A DNA stretch of 64,000 nt from Mytilus californianus (taxonomy: Eukaryota). The stretch lies in contig NW_026262690.1 in NCBI RefSeq assembly GCF_021869535.1, positions 8,370,001 through 8,434,000 of the forward strand. The letters run 5' to 3'. Position 1 is the stretch's first letter. Every line of letters starts with the position of its first letter. Under the pieces are notes generated by a model. The model made no database searches. It saw nothing but the letters and a program-made list of their open reading frames with translations, and was not told the DNA's origin. A program made the translations under genes and the position numbers. Positions 49,000-61,559 of this stretch are shown one piece after another.

Positions 49000-50011
49000 G
49001 TAAATATACATTGTAATGATTTTTATGCTAGTTGTTGATAAAAAGTTAAAATTGTCAAAAACTTTTACTCACATTGAGATTCACCTCAAACTAGCTTATA
49101 GGTGAAACTCACTTGAATCTCATAAGATACTCACGTGAATTTCACTTGAAAATCACATGGATTTTTTTCACGTGAAATACATGTGAATTTTCAAAATAAA
49201 GTTATTCAAATAACATCTGAATTTTCAAATTTAATCAAAATCATGATTAATACAAACGTGAAGTTCACACGAATCTCACGTAAAATTTTTCTCGTGAATT
49301 TCACGTGAACTGTAACCCGAACACAACGATCAAAATTTGCTTGTGTAAATGTTTATACTAGTATATCAACCATAACGTTACTAAAATTCTAATGAATGCA
49401 TCTCTTAATTTATAATAAGAACCAAACGTACAGATTTATAGTATTGACAACCTGCTAATTTACTTTATTTGGTTAAGTCTTCCAACATGTACCTTCATAA
49501 CGCAGCCCTTCATTAAATGTATAAAAATCGCTTGGTATAATTCACCCATTAAAGAAGGGTTCGATACTGATACATTATAGATCGGTTGCATTCCATGTTT
49601 GATTTTACTTCAAGTATGATGCCAGTTTCCTGTATAATTTCGGCCATCTACTGATTTGGTTGTTCCTTCCATGTACTATTTTGATGATTCAGTAATTGTC
49701 ACTTGTAGTAAGTTTTATTATTTAAGCCAGGCAGGTGTCGTACTATACAAATACATATATCTTAGAATATTGTTAAGGCTTTAAATATCTCATTTGCCAT
49801 TAAATGTTCCTCGTTCCTTTTGGAGTTCATTCGATTTCCCTCAGTTTTTGTTTGTTTCCTTGATTTTTCTTCGTAATCGATTTATGAGAGTTAAACATCT
49901 CAGTAAACTGCTGTTGCCTTACTTTACAGTAACATGCAGTACGGGATAACGGCCAAGGATTTATATAGTAAGATCTTACTGTATAAATCCTTGATCACGG
50001 TATATACATTT

Positions 50012-51895
50012 AACTAGAGGCTCTCAAGAGCCTGTGTCGCTCACCTGACTCTACTTTGGTTTTAGAAATCATGTAAAGATAGATAAAAATCATAACAGAT
50101 ACCCAAATAATGATTGAGGCCAAATTTTGATTAATATTGGTCCCGTTATTTAATAAAATATCCTGGTGGCCATCTTGAACAGTAAATCGGCAACAAAGTA
50201 GCAACTCTTGGTCAGCACTTCATAAGGAACATTCATGCCATGTTTGGTTTCATTCCATTCAGTGGTACTCTAAAAGAAGACATTTGTATGTATTTCCCAT
50301 AGGGTCCTATGTTAAACTAAGCCCCCCCCCCTAGCGGCCATCTTGGATGATGGATCGACTGCAAAGTAACAACACTTGGTCAGCAACTCATAAGGAACAT
50401 TCATGCCATGTTTGGTTCAATTCCATTCAGTGGTTCTCTAAAAGAAGACAATTGTATGTATTTCCCATAGGGTCCTATGTTAAACTAAGTCCCCCGCTGT
50501 CGGCCATCTTGGATGATGGATCGGCTGCAAAGTAACAACACTTGGTCAACATCTCATAAGGAACATTCATGCCATGTTTGGTTCCATTCCATTTATTGGT
50601 TCTCTAAAAGAAGACATTTTTATGTATTTCCCAAAGGGTCCTATGTAAAACTAAGTCCCCCGCTGGCGGCCATCTTGGATGATGGACCGACTGTAAAGTA
50701 ACAACACTTGGTCAGCATCTCATACGGAACATTCATGCCATGTTTGGTTCCATTCCATTCAGTGGTTCTCTAAAAGAAGACATTTTTATGTATTTCCCAT
50801 AGGGTCCTATGTTAAACTAAGTCCCCCGCTGGCGGCCATCTTGGATGATGGATCGGCTACAAAGTAACAACACTTGGTCAGCACCTCATAAGGAACATTC
50901 ATGCCATGTTTGGTTTCATTCCATTCAGTGGTTCTCTAAAAGAAGACATTTGTATGTATTTCCCATAGGGTCCTATGTTAAACTAAGTCCCCCGCTGGCG
51001 GCCATCTTGGATGATGGACCGACTGCAAAGTAACAACACTTGGTCAGCATCTCATACGGAACATTCATGCCATGTTTGGTTCCATTCCATTCAGTGGTTC
51101 TCTAAAAGAAGACATTTTTATGTATTTCCCATACGGTCCTATGTTAAACTAAGTCCTCCGCTGGCGGCCATCTTGGATGATGGATCGGCTACAAAGTAAC
51201 AACACTTGGTCAGCACCTCATAAGGAACATTCATGCCATGTTTGGTTTCATTCCATTCAGTGGTTCTCTAAAAGAAGACATTTGTATGTATTTCCCATAG
51301 GGTCCTATGTTAAACTAAGTTCCCCGATGGCGGCCATCTTGGATGATGGATCGGCTACAAAGTAACAACACATGGTCAGCACCTCATAAGGAACATTCAT
51401 GCCATGTTTGGTTTTATTCCATTCAGTGGTTCTCTAAAAGAAGTCATTTGTATGCATTTCCCATAGGGTCCTATGTTAAACTAAGTCCCCCGCTGGCGGC
51501 CATCTTGGATGATGGATCGGCTACAAAGTAACAACACTTGGTGAGCACCTCATAAGGAACATTCATGCCATGTTTGGTTTTATTCCATTCAGTGGTTCTC
51601 TAAAAGAAGTCATTTGTATGCATTTCCCATAGGGTCCTATGTTAAACTAAGTCCCCCGCTGGCGGCCATCTTGGATGATGGATCGGCTACAAAGTAACAA
51701 CACTTGGTCAGCACCTCATAAGGAACATTCATGCCATGTTTGGTTTCATTCCATTCAGTGGTTCTCTAGAAGAAGTTCAAAATGTAAAAAGTTAACGCCG
51801 ACGACGGACGACGCCGGACGACGACGGACGACGGACGACGGACGCCAAGTGATGAGAAAAGCTCACTTGGCCCTTCGGGCCAGGTGAGCTAAAAA
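50012..51895 (+). mobile_element. Helentron-associated (HINE) element carrying a 166-bp satellite array, in an intron of TNF gene 2
   Basis: 5' hairpin AGGCTCT-CA-AGAGCCT; subTIRs GCTCACCTG (50039-47) and CAGGTGAGC (51881-89); GACG microsatellite near 51795-51845; 3' hairpin TGGCCC-TTC-GGGCCA; A/T-rich target. Confidence 0.85.
50170..51770 (+). repeat. 166-bp satellite, about 10 copies
   Basis: Exact 166 period (50347, 50513, ... 51675). Confidence 0.95.
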
Positions 51896-51961
51896 GTATA
51901 CCTTATATGTATAGTATTATATATTAAATTTCATTTATATTTAACCCTTTGTCTATTGTAG

Positions 51962-51998
51962 TTATTGAAAAGAAGAGAAAAATTACACCATGCACAAG
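51962..51998 (+). CDS. TNF ligand 2, 37-nt exon (LLKRREKLHHAQ)
   Basis: CTATTGTAG acceptor and AAG|GTAACT donor; phase 0 to 1. Confidence 0.85.
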
Positions 51999-52442
51999 GT
52001 AACTATCAATTATTGATCAGTATACTTTTAATAAATATATGTTGGCCATAAATTAATTGATCAGTATACATTTAATAGATATATGTTGGCCATAAATTCG
52101 TTTCTTTTGTTTTTCATTCAATTTATGTTTTTTCCCGAATGGTTGATTATTTTTTAATAATTAACGTGTGTTCTCATATCTTCACTCATTCTAGTCTATT
52201 TCAATAACGATTTCCACAGACTCCGCTATTTTTGACGTTACAACAACCATGCCTGCTGACGTCATATAGAATGGACATTTTATTTTTCCCAGACTGTTGA
52301 AGAGAAACACATTCCACCACCGTATCTCGTGCAATCCGATATTTCTCCTCTCTTTTCGTTAAAGTGCATTTTAATGTGTCACTTTAATACGTTTTTGAAT
52401 CGTAAATTCATTAAAGAGCATGTTTTGATAATTTATTTTTAG

Positions 52443-52565
52443 ATATTATCGACTCAGAAACCAATAGTAAAAATAACTGTACAACTGACGAGGGTGGTAA
52501 CCATGGACAAGATCATGGTAGAATAGCAGCTCATCTTTTAGCAGGAGTACAATCGATAACAAATG
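52443..52565 (+). CDS. TNF ligand 2, 123-nt exon (DIIDSETN...RIAAHLLAGVQSITN)
   Basis: TTATTTTTAG acceptor and G|GTTGGT donor; phase 1 to 1; AAHL motif. Confidence 0.85.
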
Positions 52566-52703
52566 GTTGGTATTAATAATAAAAACAATTCATAGATAAT
52601 TTTACTCTGATATTATTTATATAAAGGCGACTAAAATCTCTTGAACCTTTTTCAAATTCAAAACTTTTTTTTATCTAAATAACTTGTAAATGGTTTCTTA
52701 CAG

Positions 52704-53119
52704 GAGCACCTCCATACATTATACAAAACTGGGATGACTCTGGACCAACTGCATATTCAAGTGGTGTTCGTGTGGAAAACAGTCGTATAATAGTAAACAC
52801 TTCCGGTTTATATTTTGTATATAGCCAGATATTCTTCAGTAACCTTTACAAAGGGCAAACAACATCAAACACTTCACAAGCCTTGTACCATTATGTCTAT
52901 CGATGGAACGTCTTTTATCCAAACGATGGAAACGAGTTGTTGCTGAAGAGTGTCCGGACACAGTGCTGGGCAGAAAACAGAGTGTATGGTGATTACACTA
53001 GTTATACCAGTGGTGTGTTTAAGCTCAGTGCAGGTGATAACCTGTATGTAAAGGCATCAAAACTTGATTTAATTTCAAGAGATCCTAAAGCATCCTTTTT
53101 TGGCATTGCGAAGCTGTAA
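52704..53119 (+). CDS. TNF ligand 2, terminal exon (TNF homology domain)
   Basis: TTTCTTACAG acceptor. GAPPYIIQNWDDSG...SGLYFVYSQIFF...LLLKSVRTQCW...ASFFGIAKL*. Spliced CDS is 1170 nt = 389 aa from ATG 48297. Confidence 0.95.
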
Positions 53120-54316
53120 TTCCATCCTTGAAAATATGTTCCTTTTACATATATTATGTTAAAAATATAATTCACTAGAGCTAGAAAACGACTCATAGTT
53201 TATATTAACGGATTTTCAAGTTTAAAAAATACTTTAACCTGCAATGTCTTAGAGGACAAAAAAGTAAAGACACCAAAAAATTAAGTTCCAGTCCGGGAAA
53301 CGTCAATTTTAACATAAAAGAGGCGTTAAGATAGTTCTGTGAGTTATCGCCCCTGCATGTAATTTTTCTAGCAAGGAACTTATCTGTTAGCTCTATAGAT
53401 ATGCAACAGTTACATTGTTGTAATATCCATAAAAAAAGTATTGCTCGAGCACACATCACTGGTAAATACAGGTACTGACAGGAATTAAATATCGAAATAT
53501 ACATTTTAAAAGCGTGCTGTTAATTTTTCTCTATTGTGCCAAAATATATGTATTTGTTAATTTTTAATTATTTGTTATAATCTTTCTTGTTATTTTTTGA
53601 TAATATATATTTTTATAATTATAATCTATAATATAAGCTTTGTCATACAGTGTACATGTTAATATATTTTTATCATGAAACTAATAATTGACAAACATTT
53701 ATGTCATTATTATATTTCATAGAAGTGAATAAAAATGAAAGAATTTGTGTATATTATTGAAACCCCTACCAATCATTTAATCTTGATACTGTGTAAAACC
53801 TGCATGTCTTCTTAGCAAATTGTTACTGTCTTCCTGTTAACTTGATGCTTGAGCAAGTTAAATTAATCTTTTTCATGAATTCGGATTGTTTATTTCTTCT
53901 TTTGCTGATTTTTTATTTATTGTTATTTGCAACTGGTAATGCAAGATTTCAGTATTCTGTGTACGCCTGAAAGGACGCATTTATTTTAAACTAACAAAAA
54001 TGCGTCCATCAAGGATCTGTTGTAATATTTATAGTTGTAATTTTTTTTTTTTTTTTTTTATATTTGCTATTTTTTTTTCGTTTATATATCTGCGATGTGG
54101 TTGTGTTTTCTGCGGATGTCTGTTTTATCTAACTTGAATTGCGAATTATTTTTTTTGAGCTGTCTAGTAGATAGGCAACATCATCCGAGCCATTGATCCG
54201 AAGGCAAAATGTTATAAAAGATGGTTTATACTTGAGAAGTTAATTTCATCACTATTTGAATGCTATTTGTACTTCTGTTTTTCAGAACCATCGGATCTAA
54301 GTTTTACACAGATTGT

Positions 54317-54657
54317 TATTGGGTTGGTTAATATATCGTTATTTGCTTGATTAATATATCGTTTTTGGCATGGTTAATATCTTGTTATTGGCTTGGTTAA
54401 TATCTTGTTATTGGCTTGGTTAATATATCGTTATTGGTTTGGTTAATATCTTGTTATTGGCTTGGTTAATATATCGTTATTGGCTTGGTTAATATCTTGT
54501 TATTGGCTTGGTTAATATATCGTTATTGGCTTGGTTAATATCTTGTTATTGGCTTGATTAATATACCGTTATTGGCTTGGTTAATATCTTGTTATTGGCT
54601 TGGTTAATATATCGTTATTGGCTTGGTTAATATCTTGTTATTGGCTTGGTTGATATA
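54317..54657 (+). repeat. 23-bp minisatellite, about 14 copies, alternating two variants
   Basis: TTATTGGCTTGGTTAATATCTTG alternating with TTATTGGCTTGGTTAATATATCG. Confidence 0.9.
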
Positions 54658-54887
54658 TTGCGACTATTATCACAAAGATAATTAAAATCCTTCAAAATAA
54701 ATTGATATTGATTTAATGGTACATCACATCGTTGTATAATTAGTTCTTAAAATCCTCATCATATATACATGAACGTCGCAGCAAACCGACTTACAAAAAA
54801 GATTGATTACTTGAAACATTGACCCTATTTTGTACTGCGCGTACAAGGTTAACCTCAATGAAGAGTCCATGGACCACAACATACGAG

Positions 54888-55092
54888 TCAAGTTTGATTT
54901 TGATGGTTGTGATATTTACTGTTCAAGAGTTGGATTATAAAATACAGGTGAAGCTTGATTTTGATGGTTGTGATATTTACTGGTCAAGAGTTGGATTATA
55001 AAATACGGGTCAAGTTCGATTTTGATGGTTGTGATATTTACTGTTCAAGAGTTGGATTATGAAATACAGGTGAAGTTTGATAATGATGGTTT
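54888..55092 (+). repeat. 61-bp tandem repeat, 3.3 copies
   Basis: GATGGTT(G)TG at 54902, 54963, 55024 and 55085. Confidence 0.85.
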
Positions 55093-55099
55093 TGACATG

Positions 55100-55318
55100 A
55101 GTAACACGACGGTTGTCACATGTGGAACAGCATCTGCCTACCCTTCCGGAGCACCCCCGGTTATTGGTAGGCTTCATGATGCTCAGTCTTTGTTGTGTGT
55201 TGATGATTGTTGTTTGTCTTGTGGTCGTTTTTCGTTTTTTGTCATGGCTCTGTCAGTTCAGTTCGTTTGGGATTTATGAGTTTGAATATCCATTTAGTGT
55301 ATTCCGCCTCTGTTTTAG
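55100..55318 (+). mobile_element. Family B PLE 3' UTR fragment
   Basis: CATGTGGAACAGCATCTGCCTACCCTTCCGGAGCACC...GTCATGGCTCTGTCAGT. Confidence 0.6.
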
Positions 55319-55494
55319 TAATATGTTCTTAGGTACATACGTAATTTACAAATTAATAAACATTTAAATTTATGTAAAATATTATGATTTCTTTTATGAG
55401 GACGTAGAAGAATACAAATTGGGTGCTAATATTTTGTGTTACGAGTATTTAATGAACTAGACACAGAGCGTCAAGCGCACCTTATAATTATTTG

Positions 55495-56071
55495 GGGTAG
55501 AAGTCAGATCCTTACACTTGACATAACACATGCAACATTGATTGTGTAACAGTGTAGAAGTCAGATCCTTACACTTGACATAACACATGCAACATTGAAT
55601 GTGTAACAGGGTAGAAGTCAGATCCTTACACTTGACATAACACATGCAACATTGAATGTGTAACAGTGTAGAAGTCAGATCCTTACACTTGACATAACAC
55701 ATGCAACATTGAATGTGTAACAGTGTAGAAGTCAGATCCTTACACTTGACATAACACATGCAACATTGAATGTGTAACAGGGTAGAAGTCAGATCCTTAC
55801 ACTTGACATAACACATGCAACATTGAATGTGTAACAGTGTAGAAGTCAGATCCTTACACTTGACATAACACATGCAACATTGAATGTGTAACAGTGTAGA
55901 AGTCAGATCCTTACACTTGACATAACACATACAACATTGAATGTGTAACAGTGTAGAAGGCAGATCCTTACACTTGACATAACACATGCAACATTGAATG
56001 TGTAACAGTGTAGAAGTCAGATACTTACACTTGACATAACACATGCAACATTGAATGTGTAACAGTGTAGA
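55495..56071 (+). repeat. 57-bp minisatellite, about 10 near-identical copies
   Basis: GTGTAGAAGTCAGATCCTTACACTTGACATAACACATGCAACATTGAATGTGTAACA. Confidence 0.95.
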
Positions 56072-57129
56072 TGAGGTGAAATGATGTTTCAGTTAGCTTA
56101 CAAAAGAGGGTTTTTATAATTTAAATCTTTTTTTGTCTTGATGTAAAAATGACAAGAAGAGATGATGGCAGCCATTTTGGACCACTGTATGGAAGATTCT
56201 TATCAAGAACACATTAAACTAGTTAATTTTACTCAAGACAATAAATGAATTAGTGCATATATAATTCATTTTTCACTAAAACACATTTCGTTACCTATTG
56301 ATTGTTTTTTGTTGCGGTCAGATTTTATTAATGGCGGAATCCGGCATCGCTTTTTCGAGCCTATAAAACCACCAAAATGCCTTCAATTCCTAATATTACA
56401 TGTAAATGCTTAAACTATAAAATTACTGGTTTGTGAAATGTAATTATCAGAAAATATTTGTAACTGGTTTATTATTGTAATTATGACAAATTAAGAATTT
56501 GTGTGTTTTAACATACGAGGATGGTGAACCATAAACGAAAACAAAATAATCTTTAATTGACTTTTTTCCAACTCATGTTTAGTTTTAGATCAACACCTTA
56601 ATAGAAATGATAAGCGACAATATACAATTCTGTTATCTGTTATATGTTTAATGCTAAAGAACAATTATTATTTATTGAACACAAGCCAGTTTATAAACAT
56701 TAATGATGTTTAAATTTCGGATCATATCAAGTTTTAATAGTGATAGCTGTGTATAAGAATAACCACTGCACCAGGAAGTTGAATGTGGAATAACCTTTGC
56801 TTCAAAGATAATTTATTATCAGTCTTTAAAATAATTTTAGTATATGTTTTCATAAAACTTATAAATGAACAAGCGATAAAACATTTAACTATTTACCTGT
56901 CTGTATTTATAACTAAAACTGTTTTGATGTATACATTTGACAGATCACAAATATACATGACATCCCCTAAAATAAAATAAACAAACAAAAATCAAAACCT
57001 ATGAAACACTACACAAAAATAAAACGTTATAACAGCAAAGCAAAAATCACCCACGAAAACATATATAACACAAATTTACTTGAAATTTAAATTTAATTTA
57101 CCTGTCTCCTATGGGCATGATGGGTGTGG

Positions 57130-57505
57130 CAGGTTATTTTGAGATTGACAATGAGGGTAGGTTGAGAACAAAACTTTACCACAAAAGAGATGATTTCAAT
57201 TCAACTTCCAAATTGGGAACTTTCTATTTCTATGTAGCAACATTCCAGCAGCACCTGCATATGGAATAAATATCTCACGACGGATGCCACATGTGGAACA
57301 GGGTATGCTTACCCTTCCGGAGCACCTGAGATCATCCATTGTTTTTGGTGGGATTCGTGTTGCTCAGTCTTTAGTTTACTATGTTGTGTTTTGTATACTG
57401 CTGTACATATATTGGTCTTTATCGTTTTTAGACATGGCATTGTCAGTTTGTTGTCGACTTATGAGTTTAAATGTCCCTTTGGTATCTTTTGCCTCTCTTC
57501 TATTT
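57130..57505 (+). mobile_element. Family B PLE fragment (RT C-terminus plus 3' UTR, internally deleted)
   Basis: EIDNEGRLRTKLYHKRDDFN and FLCSNIPAAPAYG translations, then the family-B 3' UTR. Confidence 0.7.
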
Positions 57506-58139
57506 CTCACATGAAGAGATATTTATCGTATCACATTGCACGGAGTGAGATACGAAACATGCGATAATTTGATTTGCTTGTCCTGCATCATGAAACGATA
57601 TTGCGACATTTCCATTTGCTATTCGTTAGGTCATTGATGACTTGTACATTTCCTCAATGGCAACATAGATATATGATTTCTTGCATCAAATACAACGCAC
57701 TCACACTTTTCACCTGAAAATCTTATTTTTGTCTAATTCTATTTCATTTTGAAGTGTAAAAAAGTTTCGAAATGTCTGATGGTAAAGATTGACGGAGGAA
57801 CAGTACACATAACGTCATACTGGTATGTGCAAAAGACTAGATCAACGATTTGCTGACTATTCTATTTAAAACAAAAAGAATGTTTACCAGAGAAATCGGT
57901 TTAACAACTTAGATATATAGTTATGATAAAGTATCGCAAAGATATTCAACTCTCACTTGTTATGAAACATATTGATACCATTAAGGGCACCATATGCGCG
58001 TTTCGACAATCAATGTCTCTTCAGTGATGCTCGAGGCTAAAATACTTAAAAATCCAAAACCTAATACAAATGTTACACGATAGATGGTTGCTGTTCACAA
58101 GGAAGCTGTGGCCTACTGTATCACTAGCCTGTCAACACA

Positions 58140-58275
58140 GGGCTCACGTGACAGGTGCGGTAGGGCGATGGTTCTCTCCAGCAATCTGGCTTTCTCCACC
58201 AATAAAAACTGGCAGCCATAATAGGAGCAATAGTGCTGAAAGTGGCCTTAAACACGATCAAATTAATCAATAAAT
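58140..58275 (+). mobile_element. SINE-like 3' fragment (V-domain-like core)
   Basis: GGTTCTCTCCAGCAATCTGGCTTTCTCCACCAATAAAAACTG...GCTGAAAGTGGCCTTAAACAC plus an AATC tail. Confidence 0.45.
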
Positions 58276-58606
58276 CACAAGGAAACTATAGAACCAAAGG
58301 GGCCTCTTGGTAAAGTGGCAGTAATTGTTTGTCTTTTCGGTTTTTTTTTCTCATTTTTTTGCCATGATATTGTTATTTACATTTTCATGGAAATTATATA
58401 TGATGGGTATATGATGGGAAACACAAGCTCTGGGAAATCTTTCGATTAATCTTTTGTTTTTCTATCCAGTTACATACAGAAAACCTCTACATAACATTAG
58501 TCACAATTAATTATTCCGACAGTAAAACAGAACATCAAACCTCTCATTGAAATGTTTTATTGCAAAAAGAGACAAATATATGCATGAACCAAAGGAACAC
58601 TACAAT

Positions 58607-59262
58607 ACCGTAAGTCGAAGGAACAATGTAATACCATAAGTCGAAGGGACAATAGAATACCATAAGTCGAAGGGACAATAGAATACCATAAGTCGAAGGG
58701 ACAATAGAATACCATAAGTCGAAGGGACAACAGAATACCATAAGTCGAAGGGACAATAGAATACCATAAGTCGAAGGGATAATAGAATACCATAAGTCGA
58801 AGGGACAATATAATACCATAAGTCGAAGGGACAATAGAATACCATAAGTCGAAGGGACAATAGAATACCATAAGTCGAAGGGACAATAGAATACCATAAG
58901 TCGAAGGGACAACATAATACCATAAGTCGAAGGGACAATAGAATACCATAAGTCGAAGGGACAATAGAATACCATAAGTCGAAGGGACAATAGAATACCA
59001 TAAGTCGAAGGGACAATAGAATACCATAAGTCGAAGGGACAATAGAATACCATAAGTCGAAGGGACAATAGAATACCATAAGTCGAAGGGACAACAGAAT
59101 ACCATAAGTCGAAGGGACAATAGAATACCATAAGTCGAAGGGATAATAGAATACCATAAGTCGAAGGGACAATAGAATACCATAAGTCGAAGGAACAACA
59201 GAATACCATAAGTCGAAGGGACAATAGAATACCATAAGTCGAAGGGACAATAGAATACCATG
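58607..59262 (+). repeat. 26-bp minisatellite, about 25 copies
   Basis: ACCATAAGTCGAAGGGACAATAGAAT; the 26-aa periodicity in all three minus-strand ORFs equals 3 x 26 nt. Confidence 0.95.
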
Positions 59263-59599
59263 ACAAATAAATAGAAAGGAAGAAAAGACAAAAAATGATT
59301 GTAACTGTACCACCAGGAACCCTTGATTCTATAGCTACTTTGTAAGTAACAACCCTCTTTCGTGGAATTTCTGATAGGAAACGCACACTCCAGAATTTAA
59401 TATCAAATAAGATCTGTATACTTCATATGTAGCCGCTGCTGAAATATTGCTACATAGAAATGGAAAGTTCAAAATGTTAAAGCTGAAATCATTTCTTTTG
59501 TCTGAAAGTTAAGCTCTCAACAAATCCTTATTGTCAATTTCAAGATATGAAACAAACATAATTGTATCTGTGGTATCTTATTTCATGTTCGATTCGACA

Positions 59600-59765
59600 G
59601 ATGAGTTCAACCTATAGTCATCCAACTTTGAATACTTCAGTGAAAGCATTCGGCAGACTCAGCAATATAACGTTGTGTATAATTTTGATATCCAGTACAG
59701 TGGGGGAAGATCAAGTTCTTCATCTTTGGTTGAAATTCGAAAGGAACATCGATCAGACTGACTAC
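59600..59765 (-). mobile_element. Degenerate N-terminal RT fragment of a Penelope-like element (family B)
   Basis: STKDEELDLPPLYWISKLY then RYIAESAEC, resembling LPxLYWIPKLHK...RYIAGSAKC. Confidence 0.55.
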
Positions 59766-60668
59766 AGTGTCGATAAACAATGAAATCTGCACTGTTGTTA
59801 ATGTTTCAAATTGATCTATGGCACATTCGTTTGTTTAGCCTGCCTTTCGTTTCATCGACAAAAAATTCAACACAAGGGTTACAACCAGGTTCAACCTACC
59901 TTTTTTTCTTAAAATGTCCTGTACCAAGGAATATGGCAGTTGTTATCAAATAGTTTCGTTTCTATGTATGTTGGCGTTTGTTTTTGTCGCACTTCAGTGT
60001 TCCTGTTGTTCCTTTGTTTTCCTCTTATAGTTGATGTTTTCCCTCGGTTTTAGTTTGTAACCCGGATTTGTTTTCTCTCAATCGATTTATGACTTTTGAA
60101 CAGCGGTATACTACTGTTGCTTTTATTTACACACTAATCCGTAAACAATGCTAGTTGATTTACAATTAAGATCATTGCAACTCCTGGTAAAGGAATAATT
60201 TTAAGGTATTAATGTTGAATTGAGGATCTTTTAATAAAGGTTTAAATGTTTTGAAGGTTTTAGTTGTACTTTTCGAAATTACATAGTTTTGTTTGGAATC
60301 ATGTCTTGTAGCTGAATTGTACACGGTGGTGTGCAGAGATTATTTTAATTGTCATTAGGATGATGGTGTGACTGTGACATCCGAGTTTTTGTCATGTCTG
60401 GGACACCTCTTATATCAGAAGACCCCGTGTCCGTAATAATTGGCGACGTCTGAGCCGGAATTTTTTCAGATCTTCTTAAATTCATGAATTGTGTTGATAC
60501 TGGCCAGATGATGTCCTCTGTGTAAAAATTGTCACATCGTGGTCAGATCTACCAAAATGACATGATTTTAAAAGAAAAAAAGATAATTGACCAAAGTATT
60601 TACATTTGTTTTATAATGCACGTGCACAATGTGAGCTTTCATAACATGTGAAGCAGACATGAATAGCG

Positions 60669-60721
60669 TGTGAGACTGGTAAACTTGTGAGACTGGTAAA
60701 CTTGTGAGACTGGTAAACTTG
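60669..60721 (+). repeat. 17-bp perfect tandem repeat, 3 copies
   Basis: TGTGAGACTGGTAAACT x3. Confidence 0.9.
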
Positions 60722-61559
60722 CTGTTAAGTTGATTATATATGCTATTAGCTTTTCGTTTTTGAAAGAAGCAAATCTGTTAATAGGAACTGTTTTTTTTTT
60801 CTATAACTTAAACTTCAAAAATGTGAATATTATTACATTCATAGTTAATGACAAGAGTATATTTTGATATTAAAATCCTATGTTGTAATGGATACGTTGC
60901 AAAAGAAACTAACTACACCTATATTTGTCAATTACATATTGGTAAAACTAATAATATAGAATGATACATCTTTAAAATAGTATAGTGCCAATTGAATATT
61001 ACCGATAATAGTGGTTAATACTTAGAAATTCTTAAGGATACATAAGAAACCGAGGTTATAGTACAAACGGCATTTAAAGGCTTGATGAGAACAGGAAGTC
61101 TACCGGGTTATAACAAATTTGGAATTATTTCTTTTTAAATTTAGTTCATTTACATTGTTCTAATTTAAGGGCTTTCTAATATTATTATCGGTGAAATTTT
61201 CAACGCAATAGTATCAACTATTTATTGATTCGCGTGAAACTTTACATATTTACCATTTTAAAATATGGGTTCCTCATCTACCAATGGAAGCAAGATACAA
61301 GAATTGTGCGTATGTTTATCTGTCTGTATACATGATTGTTTGCATTTCGGAATTTTCGTAGAAAAACAATATGGTATGTGGATTTTTTGTAGAGAAACAA
61401 TATTCTTCTTCAATAAAAGAGATGAATATAGATATATCAGTATTTATATATATATTATGTTTGAATAATGCAACAATCAAAATTCAACCTATCTAGGCGC
61501 ATTGTATTTATATTGTGTCATAGATCAAATTTATTCGTTCAGTGTATGTTTACTTGTTT

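Noticed and set aside
50347-51887. Series of 62-70 aa ORFs (MMDRLQSNNTWS...)
   Set aside because: They are by-products of the 166-bp satellite; the period is not a multiple of 3, so the ORFs rotate through frames.
55457-59386. Long repetitive ORFs 55457-56044 and 58544-59386, and a possible CRISPR reading of the arrays
   Set aside because: Pure 57-bp and 26-bp tandem repeats with no unique spacers, no cas genes and eukaryotic context. The 26-bp array is open in all three minus frames.
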